This document shows positions 13,428-25,940 of a DNA stretch of 64,000 nt, piece after piece. Made by a program: the position numbers and the translations under genes. The first letter of the stretch is position 1. Every line of letters starts with the position of its first letter. Under the pieces are notes generated by a model. The model was not told the origin of the DNA. It saw only the letters and a list, made by a program, of their open reading frames with translations, and did not search any database. Source of the stretch: Octopus vulgaris (Eukaryota); the NCBI GenBank assembly GCA_951406725.2, contig OX597820.1, positions 85,064,001 through 85,128,000 of the forward strand, in the 5' to 3' direction.

Positions 13428-14183
13428 AACAATTGAGGGTAAAATTAATTAATTATTAATCAATTTCGCCAAGTATTCAGTATGTAAAGGGACCATTATA
13501 GGCGAATTCAAAATATTACATTATATATAAGGGCTTAGTAAAATAAATTACTTTGCCACATACTGAACTCATTAGAAATAGCAGCTAAAGAAATTTCTTC
13601 AGCTATTTCTAATACTTAAAGAAGATCTCTCTCAGATAGTGTTTGCCTAAACCAACTCACAAAAGTATGGGGGAAAAACATTAAAAAATCAAGTGCAAAG
13701 GTTATTTGAGAACGTACGTTTCTAGATTAGTCAATTCGACATTTCTTTCTTCAGCTCAGAATTCCTTGAATCGGATTTGGGAACACTGAAAGTCGGGAGC
13801 ATACCCTTTCGGCTTCTAATCACCTCTAGAATTCTGCTCGAACTAAAAGTGCTATCAAATTCGAATATGCAAGCCAAGAATTTCTGCTCTCCCCTTTCCA
13901 CCAGCGTGGGTTAAAGTTGACAAACACCAAGTATTAACGGTGAAAACCGCAGCATTTAGCAATTTAACAGAGAGAGATGAATTATAAATTTCAACAATTG
14001 AGGGTAAAATTAATTAATTATTAATCAATTTCGCCAAGTATTCAGTATGTAAAGGGACCATTATAGGCGAATTCAAAATATTACATTATATATAAGGGCT
14101 TTAGAAATAGCTGAAGAAATTTCTTTAGCTGCTATTTCTAATGAGTTCAGTATGTGGCAAAGTAATTTATTTTACTAAGCCCT

Positions 14184-14193
<10 letters not shown>
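13425..14193. mobile_element. PLE terminal remnant (direct repeat 13425-13535/13990-14100; inverted 14101-14193)
   Basis: Repeats read directly. Flanked by (TA)n, with a hammerhead inside. Confidence 0.75.
13707..13758 (-). ncRNA. Minimal type I hammerhead ribozyme motif
   Basis: - strand: tgag CTGAAGA aagaaatgtcgaattgactaatcta GAAAC gtac GTT ctca. Stem I tgag/ctca, palindromic stem III aacgtacgtt. Confidence 0.6.
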
Positions 14194-14240
<47 letters not shown>

Positions 14241-14244
<4 letters not shown>

Positions 14245-14756
14245 CGCATAATTGCCATTTGAATATGGCTAACCCCTAAGGGTGGATGCTACTGTAGTTT
14301 GTTGCCCCAGGAAGATATCTCCTCCAGCTGGCTATAGACACACTATCTGTGTCCTCTCAGTATTTGTGAAGGGGAGTCATCCTCCCCGTCTTCAACTCAT
14401 GATACACACGTACCCGAGTTTCAAGGTGTTTACCTTTCATCAGCGTGTGACAATCATAGTTCACAAATACTGGGAGGACACAGATAGTGTGTCTATGGCC
14501 AGCTGGAGAAGATATCTTCCTAGGGCTACAAACTACAGTAGCATCCACCCTTAGGGGTTAGCCATATTCAAATGGCAAATATGCGTCACGATGTGTTACC
14601 GCTACTGTTTATAACTCACTCTGAGAATTATCATTGTTTGATTTCACTTTTTCAATATCAGTGTCAATCGACACTGGAAAAAGTATATGTATTTGTGAAG
14701 GGAGCTGACTTCTCGTCGACAACCATGATTGTCACACGCTGATGAAAGGTAAACAT
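14241..14756. mobile_element. PLE remnant with ~130 bp inverted repeat (14241-14370/14460-14589)
   Basis: Near-perfect IR read directly. Hammerhead in the spacer, and a truncated inverted hammerhead copy at 14725-14756. Confidence 0.8.
14405..14449 (-). ncRNA. Canonical minimal type I hammerhead ribozyme
   Basis: - strand: cacacg CTGATGA aagg taaaca cctt GAAAC tcgg GTA cgtgtg. All core nucleotides present, 6 bp stem I, 4 bp stem II. Confidence 0.85.
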
Positions 14757-14759
14757 TTC

Positions 14760-15290
14760 CTTCTACTCTCTCTTATTTTCTCTAATTCTTTTTATCTCTT
14801 CTAGCCCTTTGGTTTTTACCCTCTCATTCTTACTGTAAATCTTTTTTCTCCCCTTCACCAGTTTCTAACTGTCCCCCACTCTCTCCCTCTTTCCCCTTTA
14901 CTTTCTCGTTGCTTACACGTGAACATCCTCCACATGTGTTCATCTTTCTTTTATTCCAGTCTGTTACACAGACCAGACGTATTCTTGTATATCTCCTCTC
15001 ATATATTTTCTCCTGTCAAAGAATGTACCTCAGCGTTTGCCACCTTACCCTATCTGGCTTAGCAGCACTCAATATTTGTTTCACTGTCCTGTTTTCGTTA
15101 CCAACTTTGACTCACCGCAAAATCCCAATTTTTTCTGCTGGAGCAACTCTTTTCTCGTGAATTGCTCGAAATGTGCAGTAGATAAACAGCCGACAACTGA
15201 TGACGGGTTTTCTTTATGTTATTTGATTGTTTTCCAATTGTTTCTCTCGCTGCTCGCAAAACCATTTGTCTTCATATTTCATGTTGATAA
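14760..15290 (+). mobile_element. Unclassified interspersed repeat (inverted copy at 35875-36500)
   Basis: cagtctgt..cacagaccagacg, tgtcaaagaat, ggagcaact and aattgct.gaaatgtg.agtag...aacagccgacaa are shared with the reverse complement of 35930-36330. Confidence 0.75.
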
Positions 15291-15326
15291 ATGCATATAT
15301 ATATGTGCGTGTAATTCTATTTTGAA

Positions 15327-15560
15327 GGCGGCGAGCTGGCAGAAACGTTAGCACGCCGGGCGAAATGCGTAGCCGTATTTCGTCTGCCGTTACGTTCTGA
15401 GTTCAAATTCCGCCGAGGCCGACTTTGCCTTTCATCCTTTCGGGGGTCGATAAATAAAGTACCAGTTACGCACTGGGGTCGATGTAAACGACTTAATCCC
15501 TTTGTCTGTCTTTGTTTGTCCCCTCTATGTTTAGCCCCTTGTGGGCAATAAAGAAATATA
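15327..15560 (+). mobile_element. tRNA-head SINE family A (octopus OK-like), best-preserved copy
   Basis: A-box-like gagctggcagaaacgttag, B-box-like gagttcaaattcc, body gactttgcctttcatcctttcggggg tcgataaataaagtacc. Six further copies in the window. Confidence 0.85.
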
Positions 15561-15811
15561 TATATATGTGCGTCTATATATATATTTTATATATATACAT
15601 ATATATGTCACTATATACAAATGGATATATATACACATGTATGGAGATACCAAGTGAAACTAATATGAATGAAACTAATATATATATATATATATATCAC
15701 GTGATCACGTGACCGACCAGTCCATCAGATGTAGTTACACATCGCTGGCCACAATGCGTTCGCATTGTTTTAGCCTTCGAATGACGCCACCCCGCTGGCT
15801 AAGCGAACAGG

Positions 15812-15843
<32 letters not shown>

Positions 15844-16394
15844 CGTAGTGAATGGAATTGAAATTGAAACCATATAATTGTGAATCTATTATGTCACATT
15901 ACTATAGAGACGTTATTATTTTGACACGTAATACTGAAACAGTGTAAGAAATAAAAAGACTACTCCGGCCTCGCGTTAAGCACTATCTCACTGCATGGTC
16001 CCTAAGTAAGTCCTGTGTAAAATTTGAACGAAATCGGTTAGGTAGTTCTCGTGTTTTAGTGATGCGCACATGCAGACAGACACAGAGACACACTGATAGA
16101 CAGATACACACACATTCTTAGTTTCATATATACAGATAATAACAATAGATGCATATGCTTAATGCCTTCCCTTAAAACATTTATTTTCATTTTGGTGGTC
16201 TGCAAACAAACGAACAAACACACAAACCGACAGTCTCTTTTATACATACATATATATATAATATATAATATAATATAATATAACAATAATAATATATACA
16301 TATACATAAATATGCATAATAGCTTCTCTTGAACCATTTACTTTCATTTCGATGGACAATCAAACGGAAAATTACACACGGCCAGAATCTCTCT

Positions 16395-16565
16395 TTTCTA
16401 TATATAAATCTGGCTTTTCAGTTTCTGTCAACTAAATGCACTTACGGTTCTTTGGTTGACATGAAGCTATATTAGAAGATACCTGCCCAACGTGCCACGC
16501 AGTGGGATTGAAATTGGAACCATGTGGTTGAGGAGCAAACTTCCTGCAGCATAATCACACCTAAA
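16395..16565 (-). mobile_element. SINE family B, 5' half
   Basis: tgcccaacgtgccacgcagtgggattgaa..ggaaccatgtggttg is the reverse complement of the family head. Confidence 0.7.
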
Positions 16566-16799
16566 TCTATATGTAATTTTAGTTTAGAACAACTGAATCA
16601 AGATAATTTTTAGTATGTGTTACCGGTGTGTTTTATTACACCTAACATCAGATATATATTGGATCTTAAAGTAATTCCGTAGTCAATCAATGCTAATAAT
16701 AGGTCTCTTATTTTATTTCCCACGTGTAATTCTATTTATTTATATATATTAATAGCATTTTTATATACATTAATAGCATAAGGTCGAATTTATGCAGCT

Positions 16800-17770
16800 G
16801 TAATTAAAGAGGGCAATAAGTAAGAAATATAAAATTGATTGTACAATGATTGTACCAACTTCTTTCAAATCCCCATGGGAATATATCGCTTGCGTTATGA
16901 TTCAGTTATTCTCATGTGGTTGATAAATGCTTCCCTATATGATCTATGATATATTTCCCAGACTTGTATTTATTGTATGTTGGTTTAACATTATTCAACT
17001 ATCCCCGAAAAATAGATACCATAAACCCTATTGATGCCAACTATATTTTAGAAATGTAATATAGCCAATGAAATTCAGGCAATTTCAGTAAATATTCGAA
17101 AATCTTAACCGAAGCTTTCCATCAATCGAAATATTCAGTGTAGATATACGTACTGAGATGATCAATAATGAAAAAAAGACGTATGTGTTCCTTTATGTCA
17201 ATATTTTACTTTTTGATAATCTATCATCGAAGTGTGAGGTTTCACTTTAGAATTTTGCTATCATTAATCTTTTATTGAATGAACTTAGATTGTAGTGTGT
17301 GAGACGTGTTTTGATTTGTTGAGTGCTTAACGAAATTGTTGAAATGCCTAGAAAATAGATCTGCGATTTCAATATTGTTTACTTCGGCTAACTTTAGAGG
17401 CAAATGTCTGTCTGCAAATAGTGTCCAGAAAAAAATCAATGAATAAGAGAAGTCTATGATGCATAATGATTTATTTCCATGACACGATGGTACTTATATA
17501 AACATGTCCAGACATTGTTATTCAAATGAAATTGGATGGGAATTTGATCTATTTGGGTGGATAAAATAATTCCTATTCCTTAATAGCTTTTCTATATCTG
17601 AATTTCTAGCCTGATATCTCTTTTGTGTTAATAACTGCTGCAACTCGATATTTAGCGCAAGAGAAATAGAGACAAATTTTATAGGCAGCATATTCATATA
17701 TGGCATACTACCAGAGGACACGTAATCCATCAAATTGTATATCAGCTCATCATTTTCGATGTTTTGTTAT
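16800..17770 (-). pseudogene. Long stop-interrupted reading frame, probable EVE fragment (domain unassigned)
   Basis: ORF 17518-17733 extends with scattered stops over ~300 codons of protein-like sequence. It lies among recognisable L fragments. Confidence 0.4.
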
Positions 17771-17809
17771 ACACCATCAATTAAACATTATTTCCAAGTT
17801 ATTTTATTT

Positions 17810-18080
17810 TTATACATTAGGGTAAAAAGCATAGATAATTACTCAAAAGTATCAGTGATGTAAGAATATCACAACCAGCACGAAAGCAGCTTTAGAAGAA
17901 ATCGGTGTACAAATATGCCCGCGATAAACATACACTGTTAGTTCAAAAGAATTTAGATGGAAAATATGAAATAGCGTAATACTTTATGAATATAGAGGAA
18001 GAACTGTAGTGGTATAGGATACAAAAATTAAATGAGATACGGCTAGGGAAATTCTAATTGCCGGTTCTTCTCCCTAGGGA
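17810..18080 (+). pseudogene. Possible EVE fragment, L motif D region
   Basis: TKAALEEIGVQICPR*TYTVS resembles G..lK..ET..S. Confidence 0.35.
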
Positions 18081-18959
18081 TAACAGCCAAATCTCACTCA
18101 TGCCAGACCTTTATACTGTAGTTACGTAATTTATCGACACTGGATAAAAGGCCAGGCATTATTTATATTGTTTCTAGACATTTAAAGGTTTCCACAAGTT
18201 ACGAGAATTTTATACATCCATCGTTTTGATGCCACGATCGCTTTTATGCCCTCGAATAATTACAATTGGTTGGTTTCATTTCCCTGTCGTTTTCTTGCTC
18301 ATTATAAGTAAGGAAATAAATAGAAAACTTCAGTTAAATGCCTGAATTTCTTTTCCTTTTAAATGAGAATTCTATTGTAAAAGAGATTTATTCTCTCCTG
18401 GTTCATTACCATTGTGATTCTGACAAGCGTACAACGTGTGCGTTTGAGTGTGTGTGTGTGTGTTTGTGCGAGCGCGTGTGTGTGTGTGTGTGTGTGTTTA
18501 TTTGTGCACGTGCGTCTTTCACCTCTAAATGTCTTTAAAATGCCTACTGATGAAACGCAGAACCTATCTCCTCTACTAAATTATAACAGGATTTCTTTGC
18601 GAAGTTATTAACCGGATGTCAGATAGTGCTATTCACCAATATAAACAATAAGAGAACGTTATCTTTTGTTTGCTGGTCGATGGAAGAAATGTGACCGAAT
18701 ATATAACTATAAATATATGAATTATGTTATTCTGTCTATGTGTGCATTTATGTATGCATGAAAATATGTGTAAATTTATATATGTGAATAGGTATATATG
18801 TATATATATTCGTGTTCGTATATATATATATATACATATATTATACAGAGGGCACTATTACACATAAATTACATATATTACAAATTATATATACATATAT
18901 ATATATATACATATATATATGTGTGTGTGTGTGTGTATTATATATGTGTGTGTGTGTGT

Positions 18960-18994
<35 letters not shown>

Positions 18995-19419
18995 CGCATA
19001 TTTATATATACATACATATATATGTTATAGTATAATATATTATATCATATTATATCATATTACATTATATTATATATTATATATTCATGTATATATATAT
19101 ATATATCGCATGTATGTATGAATGTATATGCGCGTGTTTATCTATAAGTTACTTTGTCATTTGTATGTGCATATATTATTATACACTTGATCATTAATCG
19201 GTTTAAATAATTTGAATATTTGTATGGTTGTATGATTGCCTATATTCGCATATTTATATGTATACACACGCGTATAAGTGTCTTATGCGTATATGCAATT
19301 TTATAATATTTTAAATTATTGTTGTTACAGTTCCGTTGCCATAGAGTTATGAATCAGATGATTGAGTGAAGAAGCAAACCGTTAGCTTCTAGTCTCTGTG
19401 TTACGCTACGTTGTCATAA

Positions 19420-20335
19420 CGTTATTATATGAAACCCCATTCGTAGTTGCCTTATGTTCAGATAAGCGGAAAATAAAATACTTTTTGACATATTTGAGTC
19501 GAATATAGAATATATTATACTTAGGGGATATTCGGTGAATTTAGTCGTTAAATGTTTGTACTATCGATTTCTAACACAACCACCGAGGCATTCCATCGAT
19601 AATGTATGATGTAGATTGAAAAATTAATATTTTTCCTAGACACCACGGCGACGAAATTAAATGATTTCCAAATGGGATTTACAATGTCCACAACATTTGT
19701 TCGCTCGATAAATATATTCACCACAGCAGATACCGTGGGCTATATGACCCGAATTTCATCCAAAGCAATGTATGTGTTTTACAATATGCTGTAATTTGTA
19801 AAATTATTCATCACCGTTTTACTAATTCACGAATTCCAACTGGCTGCTTCAAAACTTCGTGAAGTATCTATAATATGGTCATATTTTATTATCATTAATA
19901 TAATAATCTTGTATTCCAAGTCGGCAGCCAAAGTAAATCCATCAAACAAAATACTCAAAAGTCTTTTTGAAAATGTACATAGGTTTCTAATATGAGGTCT
20001 GTAACGTAGTTAAACGTATAATAATATTGTAAATATATTACAATAAGTCGCCAAAAGCAGTAGAATGTCAAATTAAATGTCTAGTGTTAATACCTTATAT
20101 TCCCTATCATCCAGTACCTCAAACAGTGATGTCAGTGAGGTGGGAAATTCCAAGTTCCGTTGACTAAGTTACATTATTTCCAACAATTGGAAACTTATAT
20201 CTGTTGATTCTGATTCATAACAATAGCAACATGACCAATGATGGTTAAGTATCCTCTGTAAGAGAGAACCCGTTTGTTCATTCCGCCATCAAACAATGTG
20301 TTGAAATTAAGTTCCATTCATTTGATCACTCGTAC
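19420..20335 (-). pseudogene. EVE fragment, L protein end of capping (PRNTase) domain and connector
   Basis: FQHIV...LNHHWSCCYCYESE (20246-20220) matches the FQ...HxHxxCxxC pattern. The frame continues ~250 codons with few stops. Confidence 0.6.
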
Positions 20336-20464
20336 TATTGTGCATGTGAGGGTGCGGTGCGGTGAGCGAGCGGTGCAGTGTATATCTGTGTGCGCGTGTG
20401 CGCGTGTGTTTAAGGACACTGCTTAAGGATATAATTGCTGCTCGTTAATTTAGTGCAGGAAAAT

Positions 20465-20990
20465 GATCATAAATTTTTTTCGAATAAAAATCTGCACTCA
20501 TAAATACCAGGTATGTACGTATATTTCAATATCTGTCTAATGGCCGCTGTCTCGTTTCCAATATATTTCTCAGCCATGTTACAAGTGGCTTTCAATGATG
20601 TTGCCGAAGGTGTGCATATCATGCTTAAGAGAGCTGCTAACATTTTCATTCCACAATGTCACAGAGTAAGAACCAAAATCAGAGAATACTCTATCAAAAT
20701 GTTTCTATTTGTATCCGATTGTACAGCATGTTTATAGAACATCCAAGTATTTTGTTTATATTTTGCTAATGCTGCGGAATATTTTGGCTTAAAAAGCGGC
20801 TTCAGAGGAACTGAAGTATTGCACCTGCCAGCACCCGTGCACTTCAAAAAGGACATTATTTTCATAATATGCAATCCATCTCTAAATGCCCTGCCAAAAT
20901 ATTGCTACCTGGACAGATTCTGTCAAACATTGACAAAAAGATCAACTAGATTTTCTGAGTTTGACTTAAGAGTGACTGAAGATAATTCAT
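20465..20990 (-). pseudogene. Possible EVE fragment, nucleoprotein-like
   Basis: ORFs 20659-20874 and 20467-20649 are one frame broken by one stop: LVLTL*HCGMKMLAALLSMI...ETAAIRQILKY..GIYECRFL. This resembles the L..xGM...E...Y.R core of Haploviricotina N proteins (inference). Confidence 0.4.
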
Positions 20991-21004
20991 GGCAAAGATT
21001 TAAG

Positions 21005-21635
21005 TACACCACGCAGTGGCATTTAACTCTTTCGTGTATGGCTGTGAAACATGGACACTCCTTTCTGAATGTCTAGATTCATCGGTTTTCGCAGCCTTCG
21101 TTCAATTTGGAACATCAAGTGGCAGGACAAAGTTCTCAACAAGGAAATTCTTGCAAGATTCTTTTATTCTTTTACATGTTTCAGTCACTAGACTTTCACA
21201 TAGTGAAACTAGACCCGGAACCCCGTGGTTGTGAAGCAAGATTCTGACCAAACAATCACGCTTCAAAGCATTGACAGTTTACTTATCATAGCACAACTAA
21301 AGTTTGTTGGACATATGGTACGCATAGAAAAACAAATTATCTAATGACATCTTCTTTTGTCAGCTTCGCACTGCTGCCAGTCGCTCAGGCCGCCCACTAC
21401 TCCCAGGATAGCATAAATACCTTCTCCACATGACTGAAGAGTTAAAAGTTAGTGGAGAAAATCTTATCAAGCCATGTGCGACTTTGAGACAGGTGGGACT
21501 ACACGCTGAAGAAAATAGCCCAGCGTTGAACCGGGTCCAGTCTCCATCTAGAAGACGATAACCACATCTGCAACCTTTGCAAAGCGAACTGCATACCACA
21601 AATAGATCCATATTTCCATATGGGATGACGATGAA
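21005..21635 (+). mobile_element. Decayed RTE-clade LINE 3' fragment
   Basis: YGCETWTL, I.WQDKV.N.EIL, QLKFVGHMVRIE and GRPLL remnants. Confidence 0.7.
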
Positions 21636-21747
21636 AATTTACAATTGTGTAACACTGGTACTGCCTGCAAAGTTTGTTAAGAGTGCACATGTCTTTGAAA
21701 TCCTTAGCCACGAATACATTAATCCAGACGCAGTACTCTTGTATGTA

Positions 21748-23032
21748 TCAGGTCATCCCATACGTTCTGTCAAATTTTACCTTTTTTTAAAAAAATTAAT
21801 GAAATTTAATAGTATTTTAGAATGTATAATGCAATTAAAAATTAATTTTATGCATTTGTGTATATTTATACTAATTAAATATTATTTTACAGAATAATAG
21901 AATTAAAATGTATTTGATTAAAACCCTTTCTAAAATGGAAGTGTCCAAAGAGCATTTGAGGCACATAATGCTTTATGAATAGGAAGAAGGAAACTCTGCA
22001 GCCGAAGCGACTCGAAACATACACACGGTTTATGGGAAAGGATGCTTGAATGAAAGAAGATGGTTTGCAAAATACAGAAATAGAGATTTCAGCCTTGAAG
22101 ATGAAGATCGAATAGGACGTCCAGTTGAGTTTGATGATAAGCGCCTTGAGGCATTACTTGAGGAAAATCCTGCGTTATCAGTTGAAGAATTGGCAATAAA
22201 GCTTAGTTCAAGCTGTACAACTGTTCATCATCATCTTCACCAACTTGGAAAGGTTTCTAAACTTGGAAATTGGGTGCCTCCTGCATTGTCCGAAACTAAC
22301 CGCAAATCTCGAGTTGACATCTGCTTTTCTCTCCATTCTCACGAACTCATTTCACCCTTTAAGTATAGACTTGTGACTGGTGACGAACAATTGATCTTCT
22401 ATCGAAATGTTAAACGTTGTAAACAGTGGCTTGATAAAAAGGAAAAAACTCAATCACAACCGAGAAGGGAACTTCATTGAAAAAACGTTTTTCTCTCTAT
22501 CTGATGGGATTGCAAATGAGTAAATCACTTTGAATTATTCCAACCTAATGCAACAATCAATGCTCAAGTCTACTGTCAGCAATTAGAGCGTTTGAGCCAA
22601 GCTTTGAAGATAGAACCGCTCTAGTGAATCGAAATGGAGTGATGTTTCATCAGGACCCTACACAATGCGTGACCCTACACTGCAAAGATCACATCACAGA
22701 AGATCGAAGAGCTTGGTTGGGATAAAATTTCTCATCCACCTTATTCTCCCGACCTTGCTGCTTTAGACTACCATTTGTTTTGTAGTTTACAGAATCATTT
22801 GGGGGACATAACTTTCGCAAGCCAGGAGGAGGTCGAAACTGACATTTCAGAGATCTTCGCTTTGAAACCAAAAGATGTTTATATTGATGGTATTAAAATG
22901 CTTGTAAATAGATGGAAGGAAGTAATAGATAATCAGGGAATGTACGTTGATGATTAAATTTCAATTAGATATAACATGTGATCATTTCTTTTCTTTATTC
23001 AAAATTCGGACAGAACTTATGGGATGACCTGA
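21748..23032 (+). mobile_element. Full-length (1285 bp) mariner DD34D transposon, transposase inactivated
   Basis: TIRs tcaggtcatcccatacgttctgtc / gacagaacttatgggatgacctga with TA on both sides. Frame 21935-22957 has WVPPAL, LVTGDE and HPPYSPDLAALDYHLF, with several stops and frameshifts. Confidence 0.95.
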
Positions 23033-23179
23033 TATATATGTATATATAAATATATATGAAGTGAGTATATGATTCTGCATATATGTGTGCATATATATAT
23101 CTATGCATAACTACATGCAAAAATACAAACCTACTCAAATATCATTTCAAATACTCCCCCCCACACACACACACACACG

Positions 23180-23910
23180 GCTAAGAACATTTTCAATTCT
23201 CTATTGCTGTAATTTAGAAGCTTCTAATACTTTTGCTAGACGGACAAATCTGATGACCCACGAACATATACTGAATCATCTATAGCCAATCAGTCACTAC
23301 CTAGGAGTAGATGTACCACGTATTCTTTTTTAAACCATCTTGTCATCTTATACTATTAAATATTTAATATACAATCTTTCAGTTGTACGTATAATTTCTT
23401 GGACAATTTATTGAATTGAAGATTTGCAACTGTTCCCAACATTATTTAATCATAGTTGCTGATACAACATAAGAACTGTATGTTTTCAACATATTCGAAG
23501 CGTAATCATCACCGGCGTATCGATTGTTCAACATCAATTTAATCATGACCAGACAGAGAATAGTAAAACGCTTTTACACAAGCACCAATTAACACGTGAC
23601 AGGCGATACCTTAGCGAAACTAATGCTTTTAATTTGATTTTACGTAGCATGGTTATATTTTTTTTATATATTTAATCATAGCGGTTATAATCAAAATATC
23701 TCGTTCAGTCTATCTAGTCAATATTTTTTGTCTTCGGTGGAAGAGAGACATCATCGTTGTTGAAGAATACTAATAGCAATTAGTCTTTACCAATAAGAAA
23801 AATTTGATGGCATTTTCCATTTATGTCTTATAAGATAATTTATCCGTTGCTTTCTGAAGTTGCATAAGAGCAACTATTTCAATAGTGCGCCTATGAGTTT
23901 TTAATAATCC
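23180..23910 (-). pseudogene. EVE fragment, L N-terminal RdRp region
   Basis: LNNRYAGDDYASNMLKTYSSYVV (G..y..lK..E-like), then QYMFVGHQIC (23258-23250; GHP motif with one substitution). Confidence 0.5.
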
Positions 23911-24059
23911 ATGCACATACATGTGTACTGACATATATACACACATACACACACGCTCACACACACATATGCACGAGCTCACGCTCAGTCATATATGCAC
24001 CTGGATGATATATTTAAACTTAGAATATCATTAGGATGTAAAATAGAACTACATGCATA

Positions 24060-24624
24060 TGTCTACTAAAAATGGAATGGTGACATGAAGTATAAAAGGG
24101 AAAGTAAAATCAAACACAGAAAATCTCTTGTCTGCCAAGGGAACCAGAATCAGCGTAGCATCGGCACATTTAATGTCTGAACATTTGATCCTATGGTGTT
24201 ACAGCTCGCTAGTAGTTTTGAATATCACTGAAGTGGACTATGTCAAGAATACCTCTTAGAATATCCTACCAGCAACCAGTAGGAGGGAAACAAATATTAC
24301 AGCAGATATATGCAATAGGTTGGACAAAGAAGTGACTAGTCTTTCGACTGGGTTCGGAAGGAAGAATATCCTGGAATGGGTGCTGGAGCAAAGAAACAAT
24401 ACTAATAAAGAAAGAATAAATTTGGCTGCAATATGAGCAAGAAAGAACACGAATTTAAGATTAAGATACCAAGGAAACTTTCAAGTACAAATTATTTAAT
24501 GAAAGAGATGATTGTCGAAACAGGTCCGGTAGCACTGACAACAAGAAAGGCTTTTGATACAGGACACGTGAAAAAAAAATATAAAGAGAGAAGTGGGAGA
24601 ATGTTATTGAAATCTATTCTTTAA
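24060..24624 (+). pseudogene. EVE fragment, L pre-motif A (motif F)
   Basis: GRKNILEWVLEQ...KKEHEFKIKIPRKLSSTNYLMKEMIVET (ORF 24433-24624) matches KExExK...R.......ivetE. Confidence 0.7.
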
Positions 24625-24846
24625 GTACATAGTCCGCGTGCGTTATTTTAAATCAATCGTTTGGAGACATAGCCAGATATTTTTACATATTTACTTTCCT
24701 TTTGGCTGCTGTGAACACGTTGACTCATATAATGTGAGTGGGGGAACGGTGAATGTGTGAGTGTCCATGTGTGTGCGTGTCTGTGTACGTTTGTGTCTGT
24801 GTGAGTGAGTGAGTGTGTGAGTCTATGTGTTTGTGCGTGTGCGTCC

Positions 24847-24849
<3 letters not shown>

Positions 24850-24921
<72 letters not shown>

Positions 24922-24925
24922 TGTA
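24850..24925. repeat. (GT)n microsatellite
   Basis: Direct reading. Confidence 0.98.
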
Positions 24926-25739
24926 TGATTGTTTTGTGTTTCGCAACGGTGAACCAGCGTAGGATTCTTTACGTCCTTGTAACATAAATTTGGTAAAATG
25001 TGATAGAAAGAAGTACCAAACTTTAAATATTTGCAATGCCTTCGATTACAATGGACTCGTAAATGAAACTTTCAATATCTTCTACATTCCGATATCCGAT
25101 AAAAGCGGAAGTTTGTGTTATGTTATTCATCTATATTTTCATATACTTACAGTGCGAGTTTTCCAGATAGTTCTCTGCGTTTGATAATTAATTATTGCAC
25201 CCTAACTATTAGTATATTGATAATTATATATCACTCACATAATGTCTACTCAAAATACTTGTGAACAAAGCTTCTTAGATTAATGGATCGTTTAGGCAGC
25301 GAATGTGTTTATGCACTCATATCTTTTTAATTTCAGTTTTTTGAATGCTTACATTTCATTATGATGTCAGCCGAAATTCTCTAGCTTAATTTTAACATTT
25401 TCTGTTTTCATGGCCAGCATGGAATTAAAGTGCGAGAGACATTTTTTCTAAAACCAATTATTAAATTAAATTTCAGAATTTATGTCTACTTGTTGTCACC
25501 CAACATATTTCCATGTAACATTTTAAATCCATCTGCGTGTCGTACCTGCCACCTTCAATATGTGAAAGCAATTACTATAACTTTGTATGACCCAAATATC
25601 TTTTGATTAATTACAGTTTTGTTGGTTAAATATATGTTACTGCAGACAAATAGAAGAGATATGCAGCATTCAGTAATATGCAGTTTGTTACAAGCGACAT
25701 TTATCCGAAATTTCAATATAATATGACTAAGTCTGTAAA

Positions 25740-25940
25740 CTAGCAGAATCTTTAACAAGCCGGTCAAAAGGCTTAGCGACATTTCGTCCTTCCTCATCTT
25801 CTGAGTTCAAATTCCACCGAGATCGACTTTCTCTTTCATCAATTCGAGGTCGATTAAATAAATAGCATTTGAACACTGGGATCACTGTAATCGACTTAGC
25901 CGTTTCCCAGAAAGTGCTGGCTTTGTGCCGGAATTTTAAA
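25740..25940 (+). mobile_element. SINE family A inserted between RdRp motifs A and B of the EVE
   Basis: ctagcagaatc...gagttcaaattccaccgagatcgactttctctttcatc. Confidence 0.8.

Noticed and set aside
15327-15420. tRNA gene (A/B-box-like sequence)
   Set aside because: No cloverleaf. It is the head of a multi-copy SINE.
21935-22957. Active or domesticated (SETMAR-like) transposase
   Set aside because: Multiple in-frame stops and frameshifts, and no fused domain.
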